64,000 bases of DNA. Origin: an uncultured Bacteroidales bacterium. GTDB lineage: Bacteria > Bacteroidota > Bacteroidia > Bacteroidales > JAGOPY01. The notes under the pieces were generated by a model. The model saw only the letters and a program-made list of their open reading frames with translations. It ran no database searches and was not told the DNA's origin. This document shows, piece by piece, positions 9,814-18,972 of this stretch. Every line of letters starts with the position of its first letter. Positions within the stretch are counted from its first letter, which is position 1. The DNA is taken from assembly GCA_964619555.1 (NCBI GenBank), contig CAZUDV010000014.1, positions 22,658 to 86,657 of the forward strand. Reading direction: 5' to 3'. Both the position numbers and the translations under genes were made by a program.

Positions 9814-11115
9814 TTACACGACAGAACCGTGGAGGTCAAAATAATCAGCTTTATCAATTCTGACCCTATAATATTGACCTATATCCAGTTGATATTGAGA
9901 GGAGATCAGTATTTCATTATCCACCTCAGGGGAGTCGAATTCTGACCTTCCGATGAAATAATCCCCTTCTCTTCTATCGATGATTACTTTAAATATGCTA
10001 CCGACTTTTTCGAGATTTTTTCCAAGCGAAATTTCCTGCTGAATTTCCATGATTTCTTCCAGCCTGGATTGTTTGATATCATCAGGGACATTGTCGGGAA
10101 GGTAGAATGCCGAAGTTTTTTCTTCCGGAGAATAGGTAAAAACGCCCAGCCGGTCAAACCTCTGGGATCTAACAAATTCCTTCAATTCATCGAAGCAGGC
10201 TTCTGTTTCATAGGGAAACCCAACGATCAGAGTGGTCCGCAGCGCTATTCCGGGTACCTTTTCCCGGATAGCATCCAGCAGTTGTAGGGACCTGTCGCGG
10301 CTTATGCCCCGGTTCATCGACCGGAGCATGATATCATTGATATGTTGCAGAGGTATATCCAGATACTTGCATATCTTGGGTTGCCGTCGCATGATATCGA
10401 GTATCTCCAGGGGAAAATCGGCAGGATAGGCATAATGAAGCCGGATCCACTCCAGACCTTCAATTTTGCATAATTCATCCAGTAGAACAGCCATTTTCCG
10501 CTCCTTATAAAGATCCATGCCATAATAAGTCAGATCCTGGGCTATGAGCATGATTTCTTTCACACCAGAAGCGGTAAGATGCGTTACTTCGCGGACGATC
10601 TCTTCAACCGGTCTTGAAATATGTTTACCGCGGATGAGCGGAATGGCGCAGAAGGCACACTTTTTATTGCACCCTTCCGAGATTTTCACATAGGCATAAT
10701 GCGAAGGGGTTGTCAATATTCGTTCGCCGACCAGTTCTTTACGGTAATCCACGCCCAGGTCGCTGAGAATGAGAGGGAGTTCATTTACTCCATAAAAACC
10801 ATCGACTTCAAGGAGTTCGGCTTCAAGTTCCTTACGATAGCGCTGCGAGAGGCAGCCCATTACGAACACTTTCTCCACCAATCCTTTCCTCTTGGCATTG
10901 GCATAGTGCAATATCGTATTGATGGATTCCTCCTTGGCATCATTGATGAATCCGCATGTATTCACCACGACCACTTCGGATGGGGCATCGGATTCATGGA
11001 CCACATCGACATCACCGGCTCTGAGCTGGCCCATAAGGACCTCAGAATCAACCAGGTTCTTTGAGCACCCGAGTGTGATGATATTGACCTTATGCCGTTG
11101 CCGCCTGGTTTTCAC
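9814..11115 (-). CDS. rimO: Ribosomal protein S12 methylthiotransferase RimO
   Basis: TLGCSKNLVDSE, NTCGFI, radical-SAM CNKKCAFC, C-terminal TRAM domain (DSPEVD). Confidence 0.95.
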   Translation of the reverse strand: MKTRRQRHKVNIITLGCSKNLVDSEVLMGQLRAGDVDVVHESDAPSEVVVVNTCGFINDAKEESINTILHYANAKRKGLVEKVFVMGCLSQRYRKELEAELLEVDGFYGVNELPLILSDLGVDYRKELVGERILTTPSHYAYVKISEGCNKKCAFCAIPLIRGKHISRPVEEIVREVTHLTASGVKEIMLIAQDLTYYGMDLYKERKMAVLLDELCKIEGLEWIRLHYAYPADFPLEILDIMRRQPKICKYLDIPLQHINDIMLRSMNRGISRDRSLQLLDAIREKVPGIALRTTLIVGFPYETEACFDELKEFVRSQRFDRLGVFTYSPEEKTSAFYLPDNVPDDIKQSRLEEIMEIQQEISLGKNLEKVGSIFKVIIDRREGDYFIGRSEFDSPEVDNEILISSQYQLDIGQYYRVRIDKADYFDLHGSVV

Positions 11116-12065
11116 TCTCCGAAAAGGCTGTCCACGAACTCAAAGCGGTTGAAAACCTGCAAATCGCCGATCTTCTCCCCTATTCCAATGTATTTCACAG
11201 GCACCTTGAATTGATCTGATATTCCGATCACCACTCCGCCCTTGGCAGTGCCGTCGAGTTTGGTAAGGGCCAGGGCATTGACTTCAGTGGCTGCGGTAAA
11301 TTGCCTGGCCTGTTCGATGGCGTTCTGGCCGGTGCTGGCATCCAGCACCAGCAGCACTTCGTGCGGTGCTTCCGGTACGACCTTTTGAATTACTCGGCGA
11401 ATCTTGGACAATTCATTCATCAGGTTGATCTTATTGTGCAACCGGCCTGCCGTATCGATGATCACAACATCCGTCCCCTGGGCATGGGCCGATTTCACCA
11501 CATCGAATGCTACTGCCGCCGGATCGGCATTCATACCTTGTGAAATAATGGGCACACCTGCCCTCTCAGCCCAGATCCCGAGCTGGTCCACCGCCGCTGC
11601 GCGAAATGTGTCAGCCGCACCCAGCACTACTGATTTACCGGCATTTTTGAACTGGTAAGCCAGTTTCCCGATCGTAGTCGTCTTACCGACTCCGTTGACT
11701 CCGACGACCATAATGACATAAGGTTTCGGGAGGTTCGGGGAGTCGAAATCAAAACCATCCTCCAGTTCATTTTCCTGTAACAGGCCGGCGATTTCTTCCT
11801 TGAGGATCCGGTTCAATTCTTCCGTGCCAAGAAATTTATCACGGGCGACCCTGGCCTGGACCCGTTCGATGATCCGCAAAGTTGTTTCCACACCTACATC
11901 CGATGTGACCAGGATTTCCTCCAGGTTGTCGAGGACCTCATCATCGACCCTGGATTTACCGGCAACAGCCCTTGTGATCCTGGAAAAAACACTCTGGCGG
12001 GTCTTGTCCAGTCCTTTATCAAGGCTTTCTTTTTTCTCCTTGCTGAAAAATGAAAAAATACCCAT
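11112..12065 (-). CDS. ftsY: Signal recognition particle receptor FtsY
   Basis: [32 protein letters not shown]. Confidence 0.97.
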   Translation of the reverse strand: MGIFSFFSKEKKESLDKGLDKTRQSVFSRITRAVAGKSRVDDEVLDNLEEILVTSDVGVETTLRIIERVQARVARDKFLGTEELNRILKEEIAGLLQENELEDGFDFDSPNLPKPYVIMVVGVNGVGKTTTIGKLAYQFKNAGKSVVLGAADTFRAAAVDQLGIWAERAGVPIISQGMNADPAAVAFDVVKSAHAQGTDVVIIDTAGRLHNKINLMNELSKIRRVIQKVVPEAPHEVLLVLDASTGQNAIEQARQFTAATEVNALALTKLDGTAKGGVVIGISDQFKVPVKYIGIGEKIGDLQVFNRFEFVDSLFGE

Positions 12066-12087
12066 AAGCGTTAGACTTGTCGGGAAT

Positions 12088-12121
12088 AAAAAAAGCTCTT
12101 CCCGGCAGGAAAAGCTTTTTT
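12088..12121. terminator. Hairpin with A/T tails between DUF4295 and ftsY
   Basis: AAAAAAAGCTCTTCC-CGGCA-GGAAAAGCTTTTTT imperfect inverted repeat. Confidence 0.55.
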
Positions 12122-12144
12122 ACCCGATTTGGTAAAACAAACCG

Positions 12145-12297
12145 TTATTTCTTGCCGGTCAGGTTTTTCACCTGGTCGTTCGGCATAATGGATTCTTCGA
12201 AAACGTAAGCACCCGTTTTAGGTGATTTGACCATGCGGATGAATTTGGTGTATTCCTTTCCCTGGGTCTGCAGGGTTGCGATAACTTTCTTTGCCAT
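12145..12297 (-). CDS. DUF4295-family small protein (50 aa, not in ORF track)
   Basis: MAKKVIATLQTQGKEYTKFIRMVKSPKTGAYVFEE...; usual Bacteroidota position between rpmG and ftsY. Confidence 0.88.
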   Translation of the reverse strand: MAKKVIATLQTQGKEYTKFIRMVKSPKTGAYVFEESIMPNDQVKNLTGKK

Positions 12298-12306
12298 GGT
12301 GCGGTA

Positions 12307-12495
12307 CTATTTAATTTCTTTGTGAACTGTATACTTTTTCAATACCGGGTTGTATTTCTTCAATTCAAGCCTTTCCGGGGTATTTTTCTTGTTCTTGGTG
12401 GTCACGTACCTGGAAGTGCCTGGCAATCCACTGTTCTTGTGCTCGGTGCATTCCAGGATAACCTGTACCCTCTGATCTTTCGATTTCTTAGCCAT
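12307..12495 (-). CDS. rpmG: 50S ribosomal protein L33
   Basis: [12 protein letters not shown]...[23 protein letters not shown]...HKEIK; own TATCTTTG -7 motif at 12525-12532. Confidence 0.97.
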   Translation of the reverse strand: MAKKSKDQRVQVILECTEHKNSGLPGTSRYVTTKNKKNTPERLELKKYNPVLKKYTVHKEIK

Positions 12496-12581
12496 CGGTA
12501 TTACCTCTTTTAAATTTTGGGCTGCAAAGATAGCATTTTATTTCAAAATAAACCATTACTTTAGCAAAATTTCCCTTTCTT

Positions 12582-13484
12582 TTGAACTGGACCTTATATA
12601 TCAAGGGATTCAAAGCTTTTCTGAGACTCGAAAAGTCATTGTCCGACAACTCCATTGAGGCCTATGAACGGGATGTGGAAAAGCTGACCCAATACCTGGA
12701 ATATCATCATCTGGATTTACAACCGAAGGATATTTCATTGAACATCCTGCAGGATTTCGTCAAGTGGATCAATGGGCTCGGTATCGGTGCTACGACTCAG
12801 GCCCGCGTGATTTCCGGTTTACGGACATTTTTTAAGTATCTTCTCCTGGAAAACGAGATAAAGCATAATCCGGCGGAATTGCTGGAATCTCCCCGGACAG
12901 GCAGGCATCTCCCGGACACCCTGAGCCCGGATGAGATCAATAAGATCATTGATACCATTGATCTCAGCACCCCTGAGGGCGAACGTAATAAGACCATGCT
13001 GGAAGTGCTCTACGGATGTGGCCTTCGGGTAAGTGAACTGGTCAATCTGAAAATCTCAGATCTGCATTTCGGTGACGGATTCATCTCCGTCATCGGCAAG
13101 GGGAATAAACAAAGACTTGTACCGATCGGCGAGAGAGCCGTGAAACAGATCGGCATTTACCGGAATATGGTCCGCTGTCACATCGAAATAAAAAAGGGAA
13201 ATGAAGATTATCTATTCCTCTCGAAAAGGGGAATGAAAATCACCCGGGTGATGGTGTTTTATATTATCAAGGACCTGGCCATGAAAGCCGGCATCAGGAA
13301 AACGATCAGCCCGCATACATTCCGGCATTCCTTTGCGACGCATCTGATCGAAGGCGGGGCGGACCTGAGAGCAGTACAGGAGATGCTTGGTCATGCATCG
13401 ATCACCACCACTGAGATTTATACCCACCTGGACAGGGATTTTCTAAGAAGCAACATTTTGCAGTACCACCCAAGGGGGAAGTAA
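12582..13484 (+). CDS. xerD: Site-specific tyrosine recombinase XerD
   Basis: LYGCGLRVSEL, GKGNKQR, SPHTFRHSFATHL, QEMLGH, TTEIYTH; host-like composition. Confidence 0.88.
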   Translation: MNWTLYIKGFKAFLRLEKSLSDNSIEAYERDVEKLTQYLEYHHLDLQPKDISLNILQDFVKWINGLGIGATTQARVISGLRTFFKYLLLENEIKHNPAELLESPRTGRHLPDTLSPDEINKIIDTIDLSTPEGERNKTMLEVLYGCGLRVSELVNLKISDLHFGDGFISVIGKGNKQRLVPIGERAVKQIGIYRNMVRCHIEIKKGNEDYLFLSKRGMKITRVMVFYIIKDLAMKAGIRKTISPHTFRHSFATHLIEGGADLRAVQEMLGHASITTTEIYTHLDRDFLRSNILQYHPRGK

Positions 13485-13530
13485 TGACTGGGGGCAAAAA
13501 AATATTCGGAAATTGAAAATCGAAAATTCC

Positions 13531-13989
13531 TTAGAATTCCTCGATTTCTCCTCTTTCGTTCACCAGTACGCCCCAGTTAACGGCAATCAGATCGCCTTCA
13601 GAGAAGAAAAAGTCGATCATGGCATCATCGTATGACACCCGCCTTTCGCCGGACGTTTCCATTTCAACTTCTGCCAGTTCATACCCTTTGCTTCCCATCA
13701 GGGCGATGATATCCTGCTCGTTCATTTCGAATATCTTCTTTCCGAACATTAAGGATTCGGGATTTTCCGTCTCGATACAGGATACGACCGACTTCTCCTT
13801 GCCTTCGAAGAAAACGGTCACACCCAGCTCCCAGTAATAGAGCACTACAGTATTGAACCCGTCAATATCTTCGATATTCTCTACATCCTCAGGTTGTCCG
13901 ATGAAGGTAATAACTTTTTCAGAAGTCTCACCAAAATGAATTTCCCCATAACCTTTTTTAGGCTCGATATCGAGCGTCAAAACTTTCAT
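13531..13989 (-). CDS. Hypothetical acidic protein
   Basis: 152-aa ORF immediately downstream of the SDR gene with host-like composition; no motif recognised. Confidence 0.7.
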   Translation of the reverse strand: MKVLTLDIEPKKGYGEIHFGETSEKVITFIGQPEDVENIEDIDGFNTVVLYYWELGVTVFFEGKEKSVVSCIETENPESLMFGKKIFEMNEQDIIALMGSKGYELAEVEMETSGERRVSYDDAMIDFFFSEGDLIAVNWGVLVNERGEIEEF

Positions 13990-13995
13990 AATAAT

Positions 13996-14802
13996 TTATT
14001 TAAATGGTGAATCCGTTTCTTTGGCCATATGGTTGTAGACCATTTTGTCCATAAAGAAAGGAAAAAATTTGTTCAGGAGCACGGTCATTTTGCCCTGTGA
14101 AGTCATGATCAGGATCTTTTTTCTGGCATTTATTCCATTAACGATCCGGCGGGCTACTTCTTCAGCACTCATCATGTTGCCTTCATCGCGCGGGGAATCA
14201 CCCTGCTGCGACCCGTCGGCCGCCAGGGCGGTTTTCCGGATATTGGAAGCGGTAAAACCGGGACAGGCGATCATCACATGCAAGCCTGTTCTCAGGTTCT
14301 CGATCCGGAGGGTTTCCAGGAACCCCTGCATGGCAAATTTGGATGCAGAATAGCCTGTCCGTCCCGGAAGGCCTTTAAAACCAGCGATTGATGACACTCC
14401 CACCACTGATCCCCTGGATTTTAAAAGATAAGGCAAAGCGTACCTGGTGCAGAACACGGTGCCCCAAAAGTTGATATTCATCAATTTCCGGATAACATTT
14501 AAGTCCGTTTCCTTAAATAATGCCCGCATGGAAATACCTGCATTATTGATCAGGACGTCAATTTTCCCAAATTTATCCGTGGTAGCCTGGATCAGATTGG
14601 TGCAATCCTGCTCGATACTGACATCGGTAGGTACCGCCAATGCCCTGGCATTAATTGATTCCAGCTCTTTGACGAGCTCCTCCAGTTTATCTTTCGACCT
14701 CGCGGCGAGAACAACGGAAGCCCCCCGTGAGGCCAGCTCATAAGCCAGTGCCTTGCCAATCCCCGAAGATGCCCCTGTTATGATGACAACTTTGTCCTTC
14801 AT
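13996..14802 (-). CDS. Short-chain dehydrogenase/reductase
   Basis: TGASSGIG, NNAG, YSASK catalytic motif. Confidence 0.93.
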   Translation of the reverse strand: MKDKVVIITGASSGIGKALAYELASRGASVVLAARSKDKLEELVKELESINARALAVPTDVSIEQDCTNLIQATTDKFGKIDVLINNAGISMRALFKETDLNVIRKLMNINFWGTVFCTRYALPYLLKSRGSVVGVSSIAGFKGLPGRTGYSASKFAMQGFLETLRIENLRTGLHVMIACPGFTASNIRKTALAADGSQQGDSPRDEGNMMSAEEVARRIVNGINARKKILIMTSQGKMTVLLNKFFPFFMDKMVYNHMAKETDSPFK

Positions 14803-14913
14803 TTACAGCAGATAATAACGCAATGATAGAATATTTTTTTCGAATCCGTTCAATTTTAAATGTTAAGAAATCAAAAAAACCAGGCAGCCATTTAATAAAA
14901 ATGAAAAAAGATG

Positions 14914-14921
14914 TACTTTTG
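14914..14921 (+). promoter_or_regulatory. Bacteroidota sigma-A -7 element for the tRNA gene
   Basis: TACTTTTG matches TAnnTTTG, ending 12 nt before the tRNA 5' end. Confidence 0.7.
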
Positions 14922-14933
14922 CACCCTCTAATT

Positions 14934-15007
14934 GGCGAGGTAGCTCAGGTGGTTAGAGCGTCGGATTCATAACCCGAAGGTCGAGGGTTCAACTCCCTCT
15001 CTCGCTA
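14934..15007 (+). tRNA. tRNA-Met (CAT), probably elongator; integration target
   Basis: GGCGAGG acceptor, GCTC/GAGC D-stem, TCGGA-TTCATAA-CCCGA anticodon arm, GAGGG-TTCAACT-CCCTC T-arm, TCTCGCT-A; CCA not encoded. Ile2 identity not excluded. Confidence 0.95.
14966..14982 (+). repeat. attL core (anticodon loop to variable loop of tRNA-Met)
   Basis: TTCATAACCCGAAGGTC, identical to 61312-61328. Confidence 0.93.
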
Positions 15008-15016
15008 CTCCGCGAC

Positions 15017-15041
15017 AGCCCTGCATTGCAGGGCTTTTTTT
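15017..15041 (+). terminator. Intrinsic terminator after tRNA-Met (element-supplied copy)
   Basis: AGCCCTGC-ATT-GCAGGGCT followed by a T run. Confidence 0.85.
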
Positions 15042-15058
15042 GTTCCTGATGTCTTCTG

Positions 15059-15083
15059 TGGAGTAAGGAAATGGAGTAAGGAA
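15059..15083 (+). repeat. Two TGGAGTAAGGAA direct repeats, putative integrase arm-type sites (left end)
   Basis: Copies at 15059-15070 and 15072-15083; three more at the right end. Confidence 0.8.
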
Positions 15084-15112
15084 AATTTTCATTTTTTTCA
15101 TAAATTCATTCC

Positions 15113-16411
15113 TTACGCATCTTCAAAAAGTCTGAAACCCTTCATCATTTTTACGGATTCAATTTGCGCCAAATAGTGCCTTTGAACTACATCTGTACTA
15201 CTATGATCACTCACGATACTACTCATTGCCAAACCGTATTTTGATTCCATTTTAGTGATGTATGTCGTGCGCAAATCTTTGAAGCACTTCGATTCGTCGA
15301 TCCCAGCCTTCCTCTTGAAATGTGTAAAGCCTTTAGTGATAATACCGTGAACCGTATTTCGTGATAACTCAGGCGCAATAATATATTGATTGCTACCTTG
15401 CTTGTCGTCGTAACTGCATTCTTGGTCAAAGACTTTTTTAAGTTCGTTGATAACTGGTATTCTTTTAATTCTTTTATTCCTTTGATCATTATTCCCAAGA
15501 ATTTTATTGACTTTTTGGTTTTCAACCCTAAGTAGCAATATACCATCTTCAAGAACTACATCCTCGTATTTTAGCTCCACTAATTCACCTAACCTTAAAC
15601 ACGTATACAAACCAAGTTTAAACGCTGTTGGTAACCATTCCCTAAATAAATTGCGTTCCCAATCGCTGTCATAACCATTTTCGTATGTGGTATAGTCCAA
15701 AATCTTTTCAAATTCTTCTTGTGAAAAAATGACTGGGTCATAATAAACTGTTTGCTGCTTCATCTTTAAAAATGGGTTATTAATATTTAAGTTTTCGTTA
15801 TTTATCATATGATTATAAAATCCACGGAGTGATGCAATCATATTGTTGTAGGATTTAGGTGAAAATTTCTTTCGGTTCATATAACCAAAAAAAGCATTCA
15901 AGTGAATTTCAGTAATTTGATCTATTCTAAGAGTATTCAGATTGACCATTCCAGCAGTACTTTCCAAAAAATACCTGAAATGTCTTTTAAAATCATCGAC
16001 AGTTTTTTTGCTAACCTTTCTCGATGCTTCAAAATCATAAAATCCCCCTTGCGTTTTGAATGTTATATACCTTTCCATCTGATAGGTTAGAAGGTACTTA
16101 ACCTGATCAGGAGCATCGTCAGTATTCAGGTTATTTAAATTATAGCCGCTGGTCTTTAACTGCTCGATGAATTCCATTCGAATCTTATCAACCTCTTGGA
16201 TATCTTTGGTTTTAAGAGCCATAGTTTTACAAACACGGTGAGTACCTTCAACGTGGACTTTAAGCTTAAACACCTGCTTTTCATACGGATGGTCACAATC
16301 AGGAAATGGCTTCAGGTACCCATCTTTGATGTTCGAATATCTCTTGCATTTATTGCAATAGACATATAATCCTGTTCTTTTATATTTTTCAGGAATCCTG
16401 AGCCCCTTCAT
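15113..16411 (-). CDS. Tyrosine integrase with SAM-like core-binding domain
   Basis: YTCLRLGEL (Arg I), FKDLRTTY (HxxR variant), DHSSTDVVQRHY (His/Tyr); transcribed toward attL. Confidence 0.9.
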   Translation of the reverse strand: MKGLRIPEKYKRTGLYVYCNKCKRYSNIKDGYLKPFPDCDHPYEKQVFKLKVHVEGTHRVCKTMALKTKDIQEVDKIRMEFIEQLKTSGYNLNNLNTDDAPDQVKYLLTYQMERYITFKTQGGFYDFEASRKVSKKTVDDFKRHFRYFLESTAGMVNLNTLRIDQITEIHLNAFFGYMNRKKFSPKSYNNMIASLRGFYNHMINNENLNINNPFLKMKQQTVYYDPVIFSQEEFEKILDYTTYENGYDSDWERNLFREWLPTAFKLGLYTCLRLGELVELKYEDVVLEDGILLLRVENQKVNKILGNNDQRNKRIKRIPVINELKKVFDQECSYDDKQGSNQYIIAPELSRNTVHGIITKGFTHFKRKAGIDESKCFKDLRTTYITKMESKYGLAMSSIVSDHSSTDVVQRHYLAQIESVKMMKGFRLFEDA

Positions 16412-16745
16412 ATCCTATTTCTTTCAAAAATTTATTAGGGTTGAAGTGCACTATTGTCGATTTATCAGACTCAGTGTTAATTTCCAGAAGAAAATAATTC
16501 GTAATATCCTCACTATCATAGGCTTTATAATAGTCAAGCCACTTGTCCTTGTACAGGTGTTTTAAATGTTCAATAATTGGTTCTTCAAATGCTTTCCTGA
16601 ACTCATATTCTATGACCACATTTTTATTTAGCAGGGAAAAAATCTTTATTCCGTGATCAAGGCACCACCTCGCAGCGGCATCTTTAGTGCTGATTTTAAG
16701 TTTTTCAGCGACTTCAGCGAGTGTTAGATAAGTAATTCCACACAT
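16389..16745 (-). CDS. Excisionase-like HTH protein
   Basis: YLTLAEVAEKLKIST N-terminal HTH, overlapping the integrase start; start trimmed to ATG 16745 (track start 16778). Confidence 0.65.
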   Translation of the reverse strand: MCGITYLTLAEVAEKLKISTKDAAARWCLDHGIKIFSLLNKNVVIEYEFRKAFEEPIIEHLKHLYKDKWLDYYKAYDSEDITNYFLLEINTESDKSTIVHFNPNKFLKEIGYEGAQDS

Positions 16746-17547
16746 ATTTTTAATAACATCAATAAAAAAGATTAGCATCCTGAATCATTCGGTTCCTTTA
16801 CATATGAAAATGATCCTTTGAACTAATCTTCACAAATTGAAGGGGTCTACCTCATTTTTTCTATCGACCCAGAGGTTTATTAAAACCGATCCCAAGACTT
16901 AAAAAAGCTTTGGAATCGGGCCTACCATAAATATAAGAATTTTTTTTGAAAAAGGCAAATCGGAATGGCAGATTTTCTGGCCCTTTTAGAAGTTTTTCGA
17001 ATTATAATTTGCAAAGTTTTTTATGATACGGTTTCGATCAAAATACAGTCAAAAAAGGGGCTGAAATATTGGGTTAAAAAATTCCAAAATATTTTTTGCG
17101 TTTTTGGGCTTGAAATGGGAATGAGGTCGAAATATCCAGAAAAAAGTTCCAAGATTTTTTCGAAGGTAGGGACACTCAAGATATTGGTACCCGTATATAA
17201 CTGTATATCAATACGATAGGGCAGGGATACCCCTGTTGGCGGGGGAAGGGGGGCATAAGCCCTCATTGAATTTCTTCCGAATAATCCAAAATAAAACCGT
17301 GTTGATTTGAGCACGGCACAAGATTAAAGCGCTTTAGTATCACCACTTAATAACCATTCGCCCCGCCATCACAAACAACATCACTCACAAAATGCCCGCC
17401 AGATAAGCCTTCCCTGAGCCCATTCAGCAAAATATCCAGCAAATTCGGTAACTTGATGCAATAAATGTGGCGTAAAGCCAGCAATAACAAGCTGTTTGGT
17501 GGATTATACGGTTTTGTGGAATTCGGTAATTTCAGCCCCAAAATGCA

Positions 17548-18816
17548 TCATTCTTCCAGCTTCCCCTGTTCTTCCGCTTCACCCAGCAGTTTCATTTGAT
17601 CGTTCAGTCCATCGCTGGCTATGCCGCTAACACGTCCCCAAAAGCCCAGAACGGATTGTTTCGCCAATAGTATATGAGATTCACGCTCGGCAAACCTTTT
17701 AAGCGCGGCTTCCTTTTCGGATGCAACGCTGCGATCCATTTTGCGGAATGCGTCCAGAATGCCCGTAATGTGGTTCACGAAATCATTGGATAGCAGGTAG
17801 TCATAAAGCATTTCCATCTTGGAGCCCTTGTTCTGTTGGCTCACAAGAGCGGCGGATACTTTGATCATACCGTCCCGAAGCAACATTACGACATCAGGCA
17901 GGTAATCAAACGAACATACCCAGACGCCATCCCTGAAGTGGGTATTTTGGTTATCCTTCGGCATTGTTCTTGTCACCAACACCAGTACATCCGCTTTGGA
18001 AGCTCTACCATCATCCTTTAATTTCCCGATCCAAGCATCGGCAAAATTTTGGGTTTCCTTCCGCTCATACAAGATAACACCTGACGGTTGACCAATGTTG
18101 TTTTTGACGATCTGGATCACGTCCGCCCCACGCATTCCGCTCGGAACATCGCTGATTTCATCAATGGGGAATGCAGCTTTAAGAAAATCGCGCATTTCGA
18201 TCTCTTTGACTTCCCCAGCCATCTTCTGGCTCCCTTGTTCCAGTTTGGTCTGGGCATCCAGTAGTTGTTGCTTCAAATTGGCAATGAGCCTATCCTGCTT
18301 TTGTATTTCATCTTTGGTTTTATCGGCTTCCGCTTTTTTGATCTTCTCCCGTTCTTCAGCCAAGTCATCATTGAGCTTCTTTTGGTACGTGGCTTCCAGT
18401 TCCTCTTTTAATCCATCCTTCTCCCGTTGCAGTTTTGCCAGATCAGCCCTTGTCTTGTTCAACTCCTTTAACTGGTTGTTTTTCAGGTTTAATTCATCTT
18501 CCAGCGTTTTGACCTGTTCGGACTTTTCTTCATCGATTTGCTTTCGCAACGTCTTTTCCATTGCCGATTTTTCAGCCGACAGCTTCAGCTTAACGGCAGC
18601 ATCCACTTGGGTTTGAATGTCCTCTATTGCCTTCTGGACTTCATCCTGAGCCCTCTGGATGGCTTTTTCTTTCTCTTGATATTCAATATCCTTTTGAGCT
18701 ATTTTGGCTTCATATTCCATTTTTAGTTGATCCTGAACTTGGTGGAACAATACGTCGCTTACGTTGATGATTGCCCCGCATTCGGGGCATTTGATGGTAT
18801 TGGGTTGGGCTTCCAT
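17548..18816 (-). CDS. DUF2130-family protein (Zn ribbon, coiled coil, nuclease-like C-terminus)
   Basis: IKCPECG, long coiled coil, QGSQK..GEV.E, FPIDEISDVPSG..GADVIQ, WIGKLKDD. Confidence 0.82.
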   Translation of the reverse strand: MEAQPNTIKCPECGAIINVSDVLFHQVQDQLKMEYEAKIAQKDIEYQEKEKAIQRAQDEVQKAIEDIQTQVDAAVKLKLSAEKSAMEKTLRKQIDEEKSEQVKTLEDELNLKNNQLKELNKTRADLAKLQREKDGLKEELEATYQKKLNDDLAEEREKIKKAEADKTKDEIQKQDRLIANLKQQLLDAQTKLEQGSQKMAGEVKEIEMRDFLKAAFPIDEISDVPSGMRGADVIQIVKNNIGQPSGVILYERKETQNFADAWIGKLKDDGRASKADVLVLVTRTMPKDNQNTHFRDGVWVCSFDYLPDVVMLLRDGMIKVSAALVSQQNKGSKMEMLYDYLLSNDFVNHITGILDAFRKMDRSVASEKEAALKRFAERESHILLAKQSVLGFWGRVSGIASDGLNDQMKLLGEAEEQGKLEE

Positions 18817-18972
18817 ATTATAGTAATAAGGTTAGGGTTTTGTGTAATCATAAAAAAAGGAAAGCATCAAGTTTATCTTGATGCTTCATCCCTATCATTC
18901 ACATTGAAAACACAAATGGCAAAGCTAATTTACAAAACTTTTTTGGATTTTTCTAAGATTATTTTTCATAAG

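Noticed and set aside
12582-13484. xerD as the island integrase
   Set aside because: It lies outside attL, has host-like composition and canonical XerD motifs; a dedicated integrase is inside the element.
16965-17541. Short ORFs between the xis-like gene and DUF2130
   Set aside because: Mutually overlapping, atypical composition and no motifs; treated as non-coding.
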